Shown piece by piece: positions 47,401 through 57,561 of a stretch of DNA of 64,000 bases (the first letter of the stretch is position 1; each line of letters begins with the position of its first letter). Made by a program: the position numbers and the translations under genes. The stretch lies in IMG/VR virus record IMGVR_UViG_3300020154_000003, positions 302,039 through 366,038 of that record; one strand, 5' to 3'. The notes under the pieces were generated by a model. The model did no database searches, had not been told where the DNA came from, and saw nothing but the letters and a program-made list of their open reading frames with translations.

Positions 47401-50400
47401 ATAACTCCATCACTGCTTTTTGTAATACCATTCTCACCTTGAATATAATTATCTACATACGATTTTGGTGTTAAATAAGAATCTCGTAATCTAGTTGCAT
47501 CATAAGTTCCATCATATGCTATAAAACTATTTTTAGCAATAATATTTGCCTCACCAGTTAGCAATTCACCTTCGGTGGAAATTTTAATAAATCTATTTAT
47601 ATCATTTCCGTTATAGCTAGTGAAATCTCCACCAGCATAAACACTACTTCCACTACTTTGGACGACCCACACATAACTATTAATTCCACCTTTAATGTTG
47701 AATAACTCATCAATAGTACCATCAGAATTTAATAAAACAATATCACTAAATGGAATTGAGTTATACGTATCAAAATCACCACCAAGCAGAATTTTACCGT
47801 CATCCCTAATCTTTACTGAGTTAACTGTTGATGTTCCCCCTTCTATTCCACTACCAATTTCAAAAGTATTGTCAACACTACCATCACTATTTAATCGAAT
47901 TACACTATTTGCAGAAACACCATTAAATCCAGTAAAAAGACCTGCTAACACTATTTTACCATCACTCTGTAGTCCCATTTTGAGAGCATATTCACTACCA
48001 ACAGCGAAGCCAGTTCCTACGTTGAATGTTTCATCAATGCCACCGTTAGAATTTAATCTTATTAACGAATTAGCGGTGACACCACTATATGTTGAATATA
48101 AACCAGCCACAACTATTTTACCGTCATCTTGTATCAAGATGTCAGAAACAAACGCATCAAACCCTGATCCAGTAACAAAGCTATCATCTAAACCACCATT
48201 ACTATTTAATCGAACAATCCTACCCACAGTAATTCCACTATAAGCAGTGAAATCACCACTCACAACTATTTTACCGTCATCTTGAATGGCCAAACCATTA
48301 TATATCGCCCCATCGAAACCACTACCCACTTCGAACGAATCATCAATAGTACCATTTGAATTTAATCTCACTATTCTATTAACTGATTGAGAATTGAAAG
48401 TAGTAAACTCCCCAACCAGCACTATTTTATTATCTGATTGTATCGCTATTCGTTGAACATATCCACTAGCACCAGCACCAATATTATTGTTAAAATCTTC
48501 ATCCAAAGAACCATCACTATTTAATTTAGCTAACCCACCAACAACAACTCCATCATATGCTTCGAAATCACCCCCAATTAATAATGATCCATCAACAAAA
48601 TATTGTATGTCCCATACAGTTCCAGTAAATCCGCTTCCAATCCTAAAATCATAATTAGTAATATCAATACCAACATTTTTAAATGTAGTTGTATCACCAC
48701 TAAGTTTAGAAATATATGTTTGACCAGTTAAAATTAACTGATCGTTTGAACCTTGATAAAACTTATCTTTACTTAATTTTTGTTTTGTAGTAAACATTTT
48801 TTATAATATTTTTATATTTTAATTTTATGCGAACGATACAACTGTCCAATTCACTGTGTTATAAATTAAAGTTACTGCGCCGTAATTTGTGTTAATTAAT
48901 GCAGTGATCGATCCATTTATTGTTTTTCCATTACCATTTATTGTGATGTTTGCCGTTAACGCATTGCCTTTTATGTCCGCAATAATTATTTTTTGATATG
49001 GTGTTGGCGCTAAAGGTAAATACAGAGTAACTGCACTTTCTCCTGAGATTCCAATGAAATCTGTAGTGGTCGTTGCAGTGTATGAACCACCAGTTATATT
49101 AATACCATTAATTGTGGTTGACCCACCAGTAATTCCACTTACTGCAGATGAAATAGCACTATCAACATATTTTTTATTAGGTATCCATAAATCACCATGT
49201 CTTGAAACACCTGATACTGTGTAATCTGCGTAATAACGCATACCTGATTCGTGGGCATCCTTAATAACAGTTAAAGTATCTGTCATTTCTATACTGCTAA
49301 CGAATTTACTCTCACTATTTATGTATCTTAGAGATGCAAGTGCGTTATTTGCTTGTAAACCATTTACTATATCAGTACCATTAGTTGACCCAACAATAAC
49401 TTGATGTTGATTAAATTGTGCAATTGAATAATTAGGACTAGATGCTGTTTTTAATACTAATGCATTTGCTCCTGAATCTATTGTTGTAAGACCACTTAAT
49501 GTTGTTGTTCCACTAGTTTTCCAAAAACTACCACCAACTAATGTTGATGTAATGCCAGTTACATAATTAACGTCAACTATAGAATGTTTACTGAAATTTG
49601 ATGAATAATCACCTCCATAAGTTAAACCTGATGAATTAAAGGTTACTGTTTTTGGTGACCCATCATAATCTTGGGTAAATACGATATTTCCTACCGAACC
49701 CATATATATTGTGTTGCTAGAAGCAATTGGTCTATAACCAGTTGTCGTACCTACGCCACTAGGGTTACCAATAACCATAACGTTATCGACCAGTAATGTC
49801 GATAAATGAAGACCAGTACTTGGGCCAATAAAAGTATTACCATTACCTGTAATCGTTGCTGTCATGAAACCACCATAAGGGCCAATACCCATGTTGTGAT
49901 GTCCACGAATTCTTGGAAGAGACCAAGAGCCGTATCCCGTATTCTTTTGACCTATTACAACCCCTTGTCCAGCCTCACAACCAACATAAGTGCCCTTTTC
50001 TGATGGCCCACTACCTTCCATTGCGTGAACACCAACAGCTACGTTGAATTGGTTGCTTCCTGTTCCGATAGCACCCGGAGAACCACCTTGTGAACCCCAC
50101 AATGCTCTTTCTCCAATACCAATATTTCCACGTCCAAGAGATGCTTCCTGACCAGCACCACCAATCAAGACTTCGTAATCTTCAAGCATGGTTGCATTCA
50201 TACCTGCACCATAACCAAGTAAAACAGTTCCATATCCATCTCTAAAAACAGCGTCTTTACCTGTATAACCACCTACTGCGGTTATATATCCATATGAGCC
50301 AGTGGCACCTGAAAGAAAATCTGCACCACTTAATGCATATGTACCTATTGCAACAGTGCTTTCCCATGTTGTTGCATCACCAGTAATTCCTGCAGAAGCT

Positions 50401-52240
50401 TCAAAACCCATTACAACACTATAACTGAACGGTTGAGAGGTTTTACCTGCTCGAACACCCATCATAATGTTTGATGTACCTTGATTCGACCCCATACTTG
50501 TCCATCCAGTTGCAATATCAAATCCGATACCTATATTTCTATCACCTCTAAATGTTGAGAACCACGGAGAAGTACTAAATGAACCAGATGTTACTAACGA
50601 TGTTAAAATATTTTGACCAATCGTAATATTACCTCCTGCAGGTGAATTCGGATTTCCTGCATTTGTTCCAAGTTTAATATCGGTAAATCCATGTGTTAAC
50701 GATCTTGCAGAATTATGTCTGAATGCTAAGTGTGCTACATCTTGAATACCCCCAACAGTTGCTCGTAATACAGGAGTGTTTCCAGTTTCAAAAGTAGTTC
50801 CGTAATCAAATATTAGTGAATGATTGTTTGAATCAATTATTGTAGCACCAGTTAATGTGCCTCCTAAAACGATGTTCTTACCAACGGTTGTCAATCCGTT
50901 AGATGAACCTGTGATTGATCCACCCCCTAAGTTTGATGTGAGACCAGTAACATAGTTTACATCAACTAATGAATATTTTGTAAAACCAGATGAAAAATCA
51001 GAGGGATATTTGATACTAGCCTTATCGATTTCAATGACTTTCTTTTCTAAGCCATTAGCATGTACAGTAACATCGTATCTACCATCTTCAGAAGATTCAG
51101 TTGCGTCATTCCAAATATATGCGATACCAGCCTCTGCATTAGGTACGTTTAATAATGAGTTGGTTAAATCAAAATTTAATTTAACACCAAAGCCTGTTTG
51201 AGGCCCACCAGAACCTGCAAATAATTCACGACTAACATATAATGAGGTCGTAACACCGCTTCTTACATTACTGGTATTACGTGCATATAATCCATTATAA
51301 TGGACATTTAATTCAGCTTTATTGCTCGTATTATCACCATTGAGTTTACTTTCTAATAAAACGCCTGAACCACCAAACGCTTTGAATTCTATGTCACCAT
51401 TTTCATAAGTGTCAACATGGAAACCACCGCCCAATAAATCATTGATGTAAATACCATAATCGGTATTCATTTCAAGATAACCTATCGGGCCACTACTACT
51501 ACCTAAATATAATTCTCTATAGTCAGTATCGTTGTCGCCAGTACCTTCAATTACGGTTGATTCAATATCCAATACACCACCTAATCTTACATTTATTCCG
51601 TTTTTCGTTAAACCATTATCTGCAGTGAATCCACCAGTTATACCAGTCACAAAATTCACATCAACCAAACTATGTTTTGTAAAACCTGACGAATAATCAG
51701 CAGCATATTTGATACCTGTTTCTCCAGTTCTAGTATCTGTTATAGTAAAACCGCTTAAAGAGAGATTTATCCCTATTGTTTCGCTTGTTGATAAATTTTT
51801 AGCACTTAAACTTATTTTGCGAGTATCTGTTATTGCAAAAGATTGATCATTACCTTCAATAAGTGTTTCTTGTGTTAATGGATTTCCTCCAAGAACTATT
51901 GTGTTATCAATTTTTAACAATCCACTACCCGCAAACGTCACACCAGATGCAGCAGCTATTTGGGAAGTTATACCAGTAACGAAATTAACGTCAACCAAAG
52001 AGTGTTGTGTAAATCCAGTTGAATAATCACCACCATACTCAAGACCTTTCTTAATTGCTCTGGTATCAACAAATATAGTATCACCAGTCAAAGTCCCACC
52101 AAGACCGATTACGTTATCTATCTTAGTTAATCCACCACCGGCCTGTGTGAAACCAGAACCAGCAGTCAAACCAGTTACGTAATTAACATCCACTAACGAA
52201 TGTTTTGTAAATCCGCTTGAAATGTTTGTAACGTATTCAA
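41011..52240 (-). repeat. Connector repeat Y-x-x-(D/N)-(Y/F/I/L)-S-x-x-F-T-K-H-S-L-V-D-V-N-Y-V-T-G-(I/L)-T (approximate consensus) shared by three fibre genes
   Basis: Eight close copies near 41020, 44760, 46120, 49560, 50950, 51650, 51975, 52180, plus four degenerate copies. Confidence 0.9.
44439..48797 (-). CDS. Tail fibre/appendage protein with three delta-60-type propeller regions
   Basis: Many 52-54-aa QxDxKI...RLNSxGxxDxxF repeats; connector modules; C-terminal fibre-tip domain. Confidence 0.75.
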   Translation of the reverse strand: MFTTKQKLSKDKFYQGSNDQLILTGQTYISKLSGDTTTFKNVGIDITNYDFRIGSGFTGTVWDIQYFVDGSLLIGGDFEAYDGVVVGGLAKLNSDGSLDEDFNNNIGAGASGYVQRIAIQSDNKIVLVGEFTTFNSQSVNRIVRLNSNGTIDDSFEVGSGFDGAIYNGLAIQDDGKIVVSGDFTAYSGITVGRIVRLNSNGGLDDSFVTGSGFDAFVSDILIQDDGKIVVAGLYSTYSGVTANSLIRLNSNGGIDETFNVGTGFAVGSEYALKMGLQSDGKIVLAGLFTGFNGVSANSVIRLNSDGSVDNTFEIGSGIEGGTSTVNSVKIRDDGKILLGGDFDTYNSIPFSDIVLLNSDGTIDELFNIKGGINSYVWVVQSSGSSVYAGGDFTSYNGNDINRFIKISTEGELLTGEANIIAKNSFIAYDGTYDATRLRDSYLTPKSYVDNYIQGENGITKSSDGVIKIGGELTESTTIASDGIFTQKSSQFNLWNSYSKGIQLNSKFYSSGEVLAILSYGAAIYVGNDITLLKYDTQYNLERSVNISNIKTLARTTDGLYVGGGFSTTFNASTQNRILRLNDSSLAFDNTFIVGDGFNGDVNIIEVDELVVGSKVLVGGDFTSYDGVTSNRIVRLNNDGSIDDTFDVGVGFNGTVNTIKIQSDDKILVGGNFTSYSGVTGFNRIIRLNTDGSVDNTFDAGAGFNSTVFVIEIQPDDKILVGGSFSSYSGVTGYNKLIRLNTDGSVDNTFDMDAGFSSSVIHTVHDVLVDSTKIIAVGRFTILSGTTTNRIVRLNSNGTRDNTFNIGTGFNAAFGFSGGPKVIEKVDSSPVQYLVGGAFTTYQGNSCINLALLSDTGLEADFPLENITLNDKMNYNSDYSSGFTKHSIADVNYVTGLTSNLLNLADNGVKRALDTVVLGGELTGQTAISGDVVTLTLDKVNDGFHLNFRDYSETSKTISTSYEKLNQFNYISVNASINRMARIPSTGDLLISGAFTDVNDINSSGIALLSGDGVINENFSSNIGSGPSNNISGIFVDDDENIYVYGVFNSFNSFQCTCLVKLLHDGTVDTGFTFYLSGESIHNVGKVLGLSDGKLYIRITESVSGVTYIRRVNTDGTLDNTFDTGAGFNDTPYDFAVLNDDTLIVVGAFTEYSGNTLSTPYIVALNTDGTISETFIPEIFDGQVSSIIKLDSTDRFLLSGSFSTYGSSSVNTGLMVVDATGVFDEEFNTNVAQVPSIGTYSNVFVNEDYHIFMSSKSQMVRVDLNGNYIDQHTGSDNNPNNMVFVFDTLMYINSGVQENPIFKRNYSDFEEYFVVHPELLSTQKFRYVTDLSSGFTKHSLVDVNYVTGITSGIAVNVVGLEIVTGSSFTASTSSHFIHYFGDTAGVIYLPPSPTFKQQIYICDAIGGALDNNITVDGNGYLINGSSTAIINANYTSIMLVYNGINWMGGTILG

Positions 52241-52943
52241 TAGCATGACTAAACTTAACTGTAGCACCTGAAATAGTAGTTCCTGATTCAACATTAGTTA
52301 CACCACTACTTTTCCAGTAGTTGTTACTTCCTCCCAATGCATCATTTACAAATTGGCCAACATACAAAAACGCTTCAACAAACCCCGGTCTTGCAGCACT
52401 TACATTATATCCTGCTGGAGGGTCTTGCACAAATAAAATACCATTGTAGGTATCTAAATACCAATTTATAGAGTCAAATTTTGTTATTTGAGTACTACCA
52501 TTTGTTTGATATACTTTGGGATCATATTCGGTACTACCATCTGACTTCAACGTACCGTACAATGAAGGTACAACCTGCAGTTTACCTAACGTTTGATGTA
52601 AATATGTCCCTGCGCTAAAGCTAGGGAAAAGGTAACCGTTGGCATTGTAGTCTGCAGGAAGCTTTAATCTATAACCTTGTGAACGACCTACTAATATCTC
52701 AGTGTCGGGTATAATGTCAACTTCAAATTTTATGCGTTCAACAACACCATCATTTTGATATTCTGATACCAAGCCATTAGTTTCTGGTAAGCCATCTATT
52801 TCATTACCAAAAACTGTCGTATATGAGATTTGAATATTTGAAGAAATACCTTCCTCTGACACAGCAAAATTTTGTTGTGTATGAGCCTTACCACTTAACT
52901 TTTTAAATGAAATCGCGTCAGTATTTTGTGTATTTAATGCCAT
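48825..52943 (-). CDS. Tail fibre protein with YadA-like beta-roll
   Basis: Five connector repeats; NxxIGxxA-type repeats; C-terminal domain shared with the preceding gene. Confidence 0.7.
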   Translation of the reverse strand: MALNTQNTDAISFKKLSGKAHTQQNFAVSEEGISSNIQISYTTVFGNEIDGLPETNGLVSEYQNDGVVERIKFEVDIIPDTEILVGRSQGYRLKLPADYNANGYLFPSFSAGTYLHQTLGKLQVVPSLYGTLKSDGSTEYDPKVYQTNGSTQITKFDSINWYLDTYNGILFVQDPPAGYNVSAARPGFVEAFLYVGQFVNDALGGSNNYWKSSGVTNVESGTTISGATVKFSHAIEYVTNISSGFTKHSLVDVNYVTGLTAGSGFTQAGGGLTKIDNVIGLGGTLTGDTIFVDTRAIKKGLEYGGDYSTGFTQHSLVDVNFVTGITSQIAAASGVTFAGSGLLKIDNTIVLGGNPLTQETLIEGNDQSFAITDTRKISLSAKNLSTSETIGINLSLSGFTITDTRTGETGIKYAADYSSGFTKHSLVDVNFVTGITGGFTADNGLTKNGINVRLGGVLDIESTVIEGTGDNDTDYRELYLGSSSGPIGYLEMNTDYGIYINDLLGGGFHVDTYENGDIEFKAFGGSGVLLESKLNGDNTSNKAELNVHYNGLYARNTSNVRSGVTTSLYVSRELFAGSGGPQTGFGVKLNFDLTNSLLNVPNAEAGIAYIWNDATESSEDGRYDVTVHANGLEKKVIEIDKASIKYPSDFSSGFTKYSLVDVNYVTGLTSNLGGGSITGSSNGLTTVGKNIVLGGTLTGATIIDSNNHSLIFDYGTTFETGNTPVLRATVGGIQDVAHLAFRHNSARSLTHGFTDIKLGTNAGNPNSPAGGNITIGQNILTSLVTSGSFSTSPWFSTFRGDRNIGIGFDIATGWTSMGSNQGTSNIMMGVRAGKTSQPFSYSVVMGFEASAGITGDATTWESTVAIGTYALSGADFLSGATGSYGYITAVGGYTGKDAVFRDGYGTVLLGYGAGMNATMLEDYEVLIGGAGQEASLGRGNIGIGERALWGSQGGSPGAIGTGSNQFNVAVGVHAMEGSGPSEKGTYVGCEAGQGVVIGQKNTGYGSWSLPRIRGHHNMGIGPYGGFMTATITGNGNTFIGPSTGLHLSTLLVDNVMVIGNPSGVGTTTGYRPIASSNTIYMGSVGNIVFTQDYDGSPKTVTFNSSGLTYGGDYSSNFSKHSIVDVNYVTGITSTLVGGSFWKTSGTTTLSGLTTIDSGANALVLKTASSPNYSIAQFNQHQVIVGSTNGTDIVNGLQANNALASLRYINSESKFVSSIEMTDTLTVIKDAHESGMRYYADYTVSGVSRHGDLWIPNKKYVDSAISSAVSGITGGSTTINGINITGGSYTATTTTDFIGISGESAVTLYLPLAPTPYQKIIIADIKGNALTANITINGNGKTINGSITALINTNYGAVTLIYNTVNWTVVSFA

Positions 52944-52970
52944 TTATTTTTTTGTATATCTATCTTAATA

Positions 52971-55900
52971 TTATATGTTACTTACTGTTACAGTTTGTAT
53001 TCTGTTTGTCCAACCACTAGAAGCAATTATTCTCACAATTACAATATCACCCAACGCAACTCTAGGTACGGTCGATAAAGTACAACTTACTGTGGTCGTT
53101 GAACCAACATGAGATATTGATGTGTTTGCAATACCTTCAGTATTTCCTACTGATGCAAATGGGTTCGCCCAACCATGTTTTGCACCTCCCGATCTCATAA
53201 TTAAGAATTCAAATTTTATATTATTACCACTCACCGTACCGCCAGTACCGCCATTGGTTAAGAAATTCGATGAGGTTCCATTATGTACTATAGCGAATGT
53301 CAACGTTGACTGTGTTGCACCTGCTGTAGATTTAAATAGTCTATAATGACTTCTATTACCTGACGCAGATGTGTAATTATCATTTCCTACTGGAGCATTT
53401 GTAACTGCAGCAAAATTACCTGTTGTTATACCGTATTGTGTTGTTAAATATGCTGCATTTGGATACATCAATTCGTCATTGAACACTAACAAACCTGTAT
53501 TATGGAATGCACTAGCACCAACTAAACTTGATGTTGAATCCCAATTATAAGTACCACCATCCACATTCGCATAAGTCAACGAAGTATAATCTCTAGTCTG
53601 TAATCTATAAGTTTCACCAATAAAAGGTTCACTTTTTTCTGTTGCACTATCGCTTACATTATAGAATAAGAAACCAGTTAATGTTGAAAGACCACCACTA
53701 ACTTGTTTTGACGTGAATGGATGTGCAACTGATATTGCTGATGCTATTCTACCTGTAGAGCCTACGTTACCCAAAAGTTTGGTTGTTGAGATAGGTAAAG
53801 TTGCAAGTACACTCAAACTTGTCAAATGAGAATTAGTACTTGTAAGTAACGGAGGTAAGGTTTTAAGAGTTGAAGATGTTCTTCCTGTCGTACCAGTGCC
53901 TATAACGTTCATTGACGTAATATCACCAAGGTTTTCCCTATTAGGGAAATCAATTGCCGATGATGATGTACTATACACATTTCTATAAGCGTTTGAAATT
54001 GTACCTTGGTACTGTACAGTACCTGACGTATGGAATTTAACACCAGAAACCCATTTAGTACCACTCAACGTTAAATTGGTCAAACCAGTTGAACTTAATG
54101 CGATGTTATTTGCATTATTATCGTAAACAAATTCCAAATAATTAGTCAAAGTACTGAAAGTTGCACCAGTATGCATAATGCGAATGTAATTGAAACCACC
54201 AGTCATTCCTGAAACAGGAATTGTGTATGTACCTGTTCTATATTTGAATGTCGTTACAGGACTTCCATTATCTGACTTAACATTTTTAACAGAAGTTACT
54301 GAGAAATAAGAATTACTTGTTGCTGCAGTTGTTCCTGATAAAGTTAATTGAGCAATTATACTTCCGTTGCGATACATGACCAACTTACCTTGATCACCAT
54401 TACTAAATGCATTATCTAAATATGGAATACCAGATGAATCGCCAGTAACTGCGCTATTTAATGTACCTGAAACAGGGCCATTTATAATACCAAGTCTGGT
54501 TCCTGATGCACTGTATGTTCCGTTCAAATCCACTGCAGCATTACCTGCATTTGTTCCAACGTTTACATAACCACTCATCGTTTTACTTACACCCCAAGTC
54601 AATTTTCCACTAACAAAAGAATTAATTGTGTTGATACTTGTTAATGAAGATGGTTGTGCAGGCAACAAAAGCAAGAATAACTCATTAAATCTATCAATTG
54701 CAGTACCAGTAGGAGTTGTTGGAGTAAAATCAGTAAATACACCGTCAGTATAATCACCATCTTCGGCAGGGCCGATAACGCTTGCAGGAAGATCGATGAC
54801 ATTGAATGTATCACCAGTGCCTCTAACAACAAACTGACCAGTTGTCCCCCCCGTTGTTTGGAATTTAACTCTTGTTGCATCAATTGATGACTCCTTAACT
54901 TGTAATGAATTTCCATTCACATCGATGTAAACATCATCATAATCAACACTAACTGTCGTATTTCCAGTACCACTATTTGTTACATCAATTCCATCTCCAG
55001 CCGTTATTTGATTAACAAGTGCTGGTATATCCGTTATATCATTATAGGAAATGTGGACTGTACTTGTAGTAGCAGACCATTCCAAGAAACCTGTCGTGTC
55101 AATAAATTCTACAGACCCTGTAAGACCTGAAGTTGTACCTGTCGATCCTGATGTTTGTATTACAAACACTTTCAAACCTTCAAAAGATTCGATCTGTCCA
55201 GCACCCGGAGTGGCACCACTAGCCACAAATCTTGAGTCTCTTTCAGCAATATTTGCTACAACAAAAATTTCTTTAAGGTTTCCGGGGATGTATGAAATAT
55301 CAATTTTAGAATCAACACCCAATGGGACAATACCACCCGGAGCACCGATTTCAGATGAATCTATTTTACTGTCTAACTCTGTTTGTAGGTTTGTAATACC
55401 TGAGATTGGTAAAAATGTTGGAGTACCTTTCTGATTAACTACAATACCATCAAATGCATTGATAGATTGGTATATCGGTTTTACTAACTGCCCTGCTGCT
55501 GTAGGTTTTGTTTTTGTTAATTTACCGGGAGATGTTGGTGAAAGATAATATGTTGTGCTGGCTGTGATAGGACTTCCTAAATCATCAGTTGCGGTATTCA
55601 TCCCTTCAATATAACCAGCGAAGGTCAACATAAAGGTGTTCGCATCAAATATTTCACGTACCAAACCTACTGGAAAACCGTGTATAGATTCAAGTGCGAC
55701 TGCTTTGTGATAGCTACCACCACTATACATAACAACATCACCCAACGAAAAGCCATGACCAGTTTGTTCGGTCTGTCTTTCAATTCTTAAACCACTTGCA
55801 GTACCACCAGTAATAGATTCACTAGAAACTGTAAAACTTCTCATCATCAAAACAAGACCCTTTGTTGACTCTTGTGTCATTAATATTGGTCTTGAAGATT

Positions 55901-56525
55901 GACCCGGAGAAAACGGTTCTACTGGTGTAATTGCTCCCGGAATGGTTGGGGATACAAAGTATGTTGTGTTCGCACTCATACCAGTAAGGGATGTTAAATC
56001 CATGAAACCAGCATAGGTCAATGTAAAAGTATCTGCATCGATGACGCTACTTACAAGACCAAGGAACTCATATGTATTTGCTTCATCAGCAATACCTTTT
56101 ACGTAACTCGTACCGTTAAATGACACAACATTACCAACTGAGAAACCGTGACTAGGTTGTGAGTATTTTTTCTTGATCGCATCACCACCACCTGAAGAAA
56201 ATTCAATCCAATTGGAGTTGTTCGCAAGTGCTGATACTTTTTGTGAACTGGTTAATCCAGTCCATGAAGGATACGGTAAAAATAATTGATATATAGTATC
56301 TGTTTCTGCAACATATACCAACATACCTAAACGTCTTCTACCTGATCCTAAACCAGATGCATCAAGATTACCTAATGTATCAGTTGGGATGTTATTTCTC
56401 TCATTTAGAGAGGCAAATTCTTGCCAACCTCCAACTCCAAGATATGAATAATGTGTTCCGTATGTGTCACCCGATGAACCGCCTACTACTGGCGAAGCTA
56501 CTACTGTACCTAAAGGATATGCCAT
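52971..56525 (-). CDS. Large virion structural/fibre protein with tandem duplicated domain
   Basis: GGWQ...R..IP...RRRLGMLVYV N-terminus; two HGFS(V/L)G.VV...Y.K domains; G/T/S-rich. Confidence 0.65.
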   Translation of the reverse strand: MAYPLGTVVASPVVGGSSGDTYGTHYSYLGVGGWQEFASLNERNNIPTDTLGNLDASGLGSGRRRLGMLVYVAETDTIYQLFLPYPSWTGLTSSQKVSALANNSNWIEFSSGGGDAIKKKYSQPSHGFSVGNVVSFNGTSYVKGIADEANTYEFLGLVSSVIDADTFTLTYAGFMDLTSLTGMSANTTYFVSPTIPGAITPVEPFSPGQSSRPILMTQESTKGLVLMMRSFTVSSESITGGTASGLRIERQTEQTGHGFSLGDVVMYSGGSYHKAVALESIHGFPVGLVREIFDANTFMLTFAGYIEGMNTATDDLGSPITASTTYYLSPTSPGKLTKTKPTAAGQLVKPIYQSINAFDGIVVNQKGTPTFLPISGITNLQTELDSKIDSSEIGAPGGIVPLGVDSKIDISYIPGNLKEIFVVANIAERDSRFVASGATPGAGQIESFEGLKVFVIQTSGSTGTTSGLTGSVEFIDTTGFLEWSATTSTVHISYNDITDIPALVNQITAGDGIDVTNSGTGNTTVSVDYDDVYIDVNGNSLQVKESSIDATRVKFQTTGGTTGQFVVRGTGDTFNVIDLPASVIGPAEDGDYTDGVFTDFTPTTPTGTAIDRFNELFLLLLPAQPSSLTSINTINSFVSGKLTWGVSKTMSGYVNVGTNAGNAAVDLNGTYSASGTRLGIINGPVSGTLNSAVTGDSSGIPYLDNAFSNGDQGKLVMYRNGSIIAQLTLSGTTAATSNSYFSVTSVKNVKSDNGSPVTTFKYRTGTYTIPVSGMTGGFNYIRIMHTGATFSTLTNYLEFVYDNNANNIALSSTGLTNLTLSGTKWVSGVKFHTSGTVQYQGTISNAYRNVYSTSSSAIDFPNRENLGDITSMNVIGTGTTGRTSSTLKTLPPLLTSTNSHLTSLSVLATLPISTTKLLGNVGSTGRIASAISVAHPFTSKQVSGGLSTLTGFLFYNVSDSATEKSEPFIGETYRLQTRDYTSLTYANVDGGTYNWDSTSSLVGASAFHNTGLLVFNDELMYPNAAYLTTQYGITTGNFAAVTNAPVGNDNYTSASGNRSHYRLFKSTAGATQSTLTFAIVHNGTSSNFLTNGGTGGTVSGNNIKFEFLIMRSGGAKHGWANPFASVGNTEGIANTSISHVGSTTTVSCTLSTVPRVALGDIVIVRIIASSGWTNRIQTVTVSNI

Positions 56526-56529
56526 TTTA

Positions 56530-57456
56530 TTATGCTACGCTAAAATTAAAGTTACCTGTCAATAAATTGTTTGTTCTCCAAACGACAAACGACTCAGAAT
56601 ATCCATTAGGATTTGTGAACGTAAATGTTTGAGATGAAAAGTCTGTGTTTGATAAACCATTAATTACAAATGATGGTGTACCGAAAGATGCTGGTATTAC
56701 GTAATAGAAGAATTGACTTGCAAGGGATACCGAGAATGTGCTTTTTACTCTTGAAGTTGCAAATTCGGCCTGACCTGACGTTTCATTTAAATTTACATTG
56801 TTACTAATGTCAGTATCAGATTGTCCTATTAAATTCTGGTTATCACCATAATAATATCGCTTATGTCTGAATGTGATGGTCGTTGAAGCACTATCAGAAG
56901 CACCGTTAGTATCAGTTACCAATAAAGTGAATGTTTGATTGGTGTTCGGAGTGGTTAACGTTTTACCGCTAGTTCCTGATTGTGTGTTCCCATCAACAAC
57001 GGGAACACTAACACCATCTAAGGTTATTGTTTGTATAGGAAGGGTATTTCTTGTGGCTGTGAACGATAAATTAACTATCGCGTTATTACCGAACATTCTA
57101 GTACCACCACCAGAGATAGAAGCCGCAGGGGCCACTGAAGGAAAGAAATATCCTTCAAGAAATTCTGTCACCGTTGCACCACCCACATTTACGGCAGGAA
57201 TGCCTGATCTTGTCGTGGCTCTAGCACTATCAAAGTCAGTCTCACCACCTCCTGTAGGGGGCTGTAATTGAATTTTACCACCAATATATGTAAGCACATG
57301 ACCTGAAGCAGATGCACCAGATACTGTCGCATCAATTTCAATGTTTTTGGATTTTAATATCCCTAGAATATTGGTTGTTCCAGACAACGTGAGCGTGTCG
57401 CCTGAAAGCTGTTTAACCTGAATATCGTTTAACGGTAATTTTGTAAAAAAGCCCAT
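56530..57456 (-). CDS. Virion structural protein
   Basis: N-terminus FFTKLPL..Q..D.L.LSG similar to the fibre N-termini; Ig-like YTL.VTD..GAS and YYG motifs. Confidence 0.6.
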   Translation of the reverse strand: MGFFTKLPLNDIQVKQLSGDTLTLSGTTNILGILKSKNIEIDATVSGASASGHVLTYIGGKIQLQPPTGGGETDFDSARATTRSGIPAVNVGGATVTEFLEGYFFPSVAPAASISGGGTRMFGNNAIVNLSFTATRNTLPIQTITLDGVSVPVVDGNTQSGTSGKTLTTPNTNQTFTLLVTDTNGASDSASTTITFRHKRYYYGDNQNLIGQSDTDISNNVNLNETSGQAEFATSRVKSTFSVSLASQFFYYVIPASFGTPSFVINGLSNTDFSSQTFTFTNPNGYSESFVVWRTNNLLTGNFNFSVA

Positions 57457-57561
57457 TTATATAGTATTTATTTTTGTAACTTACCGACCGTTCAATGAGT
57501 TACAAGAATTCATTGATTTCGCTCGTCTTTCGTTACAGATAAATACTATCTAAACCGATAG

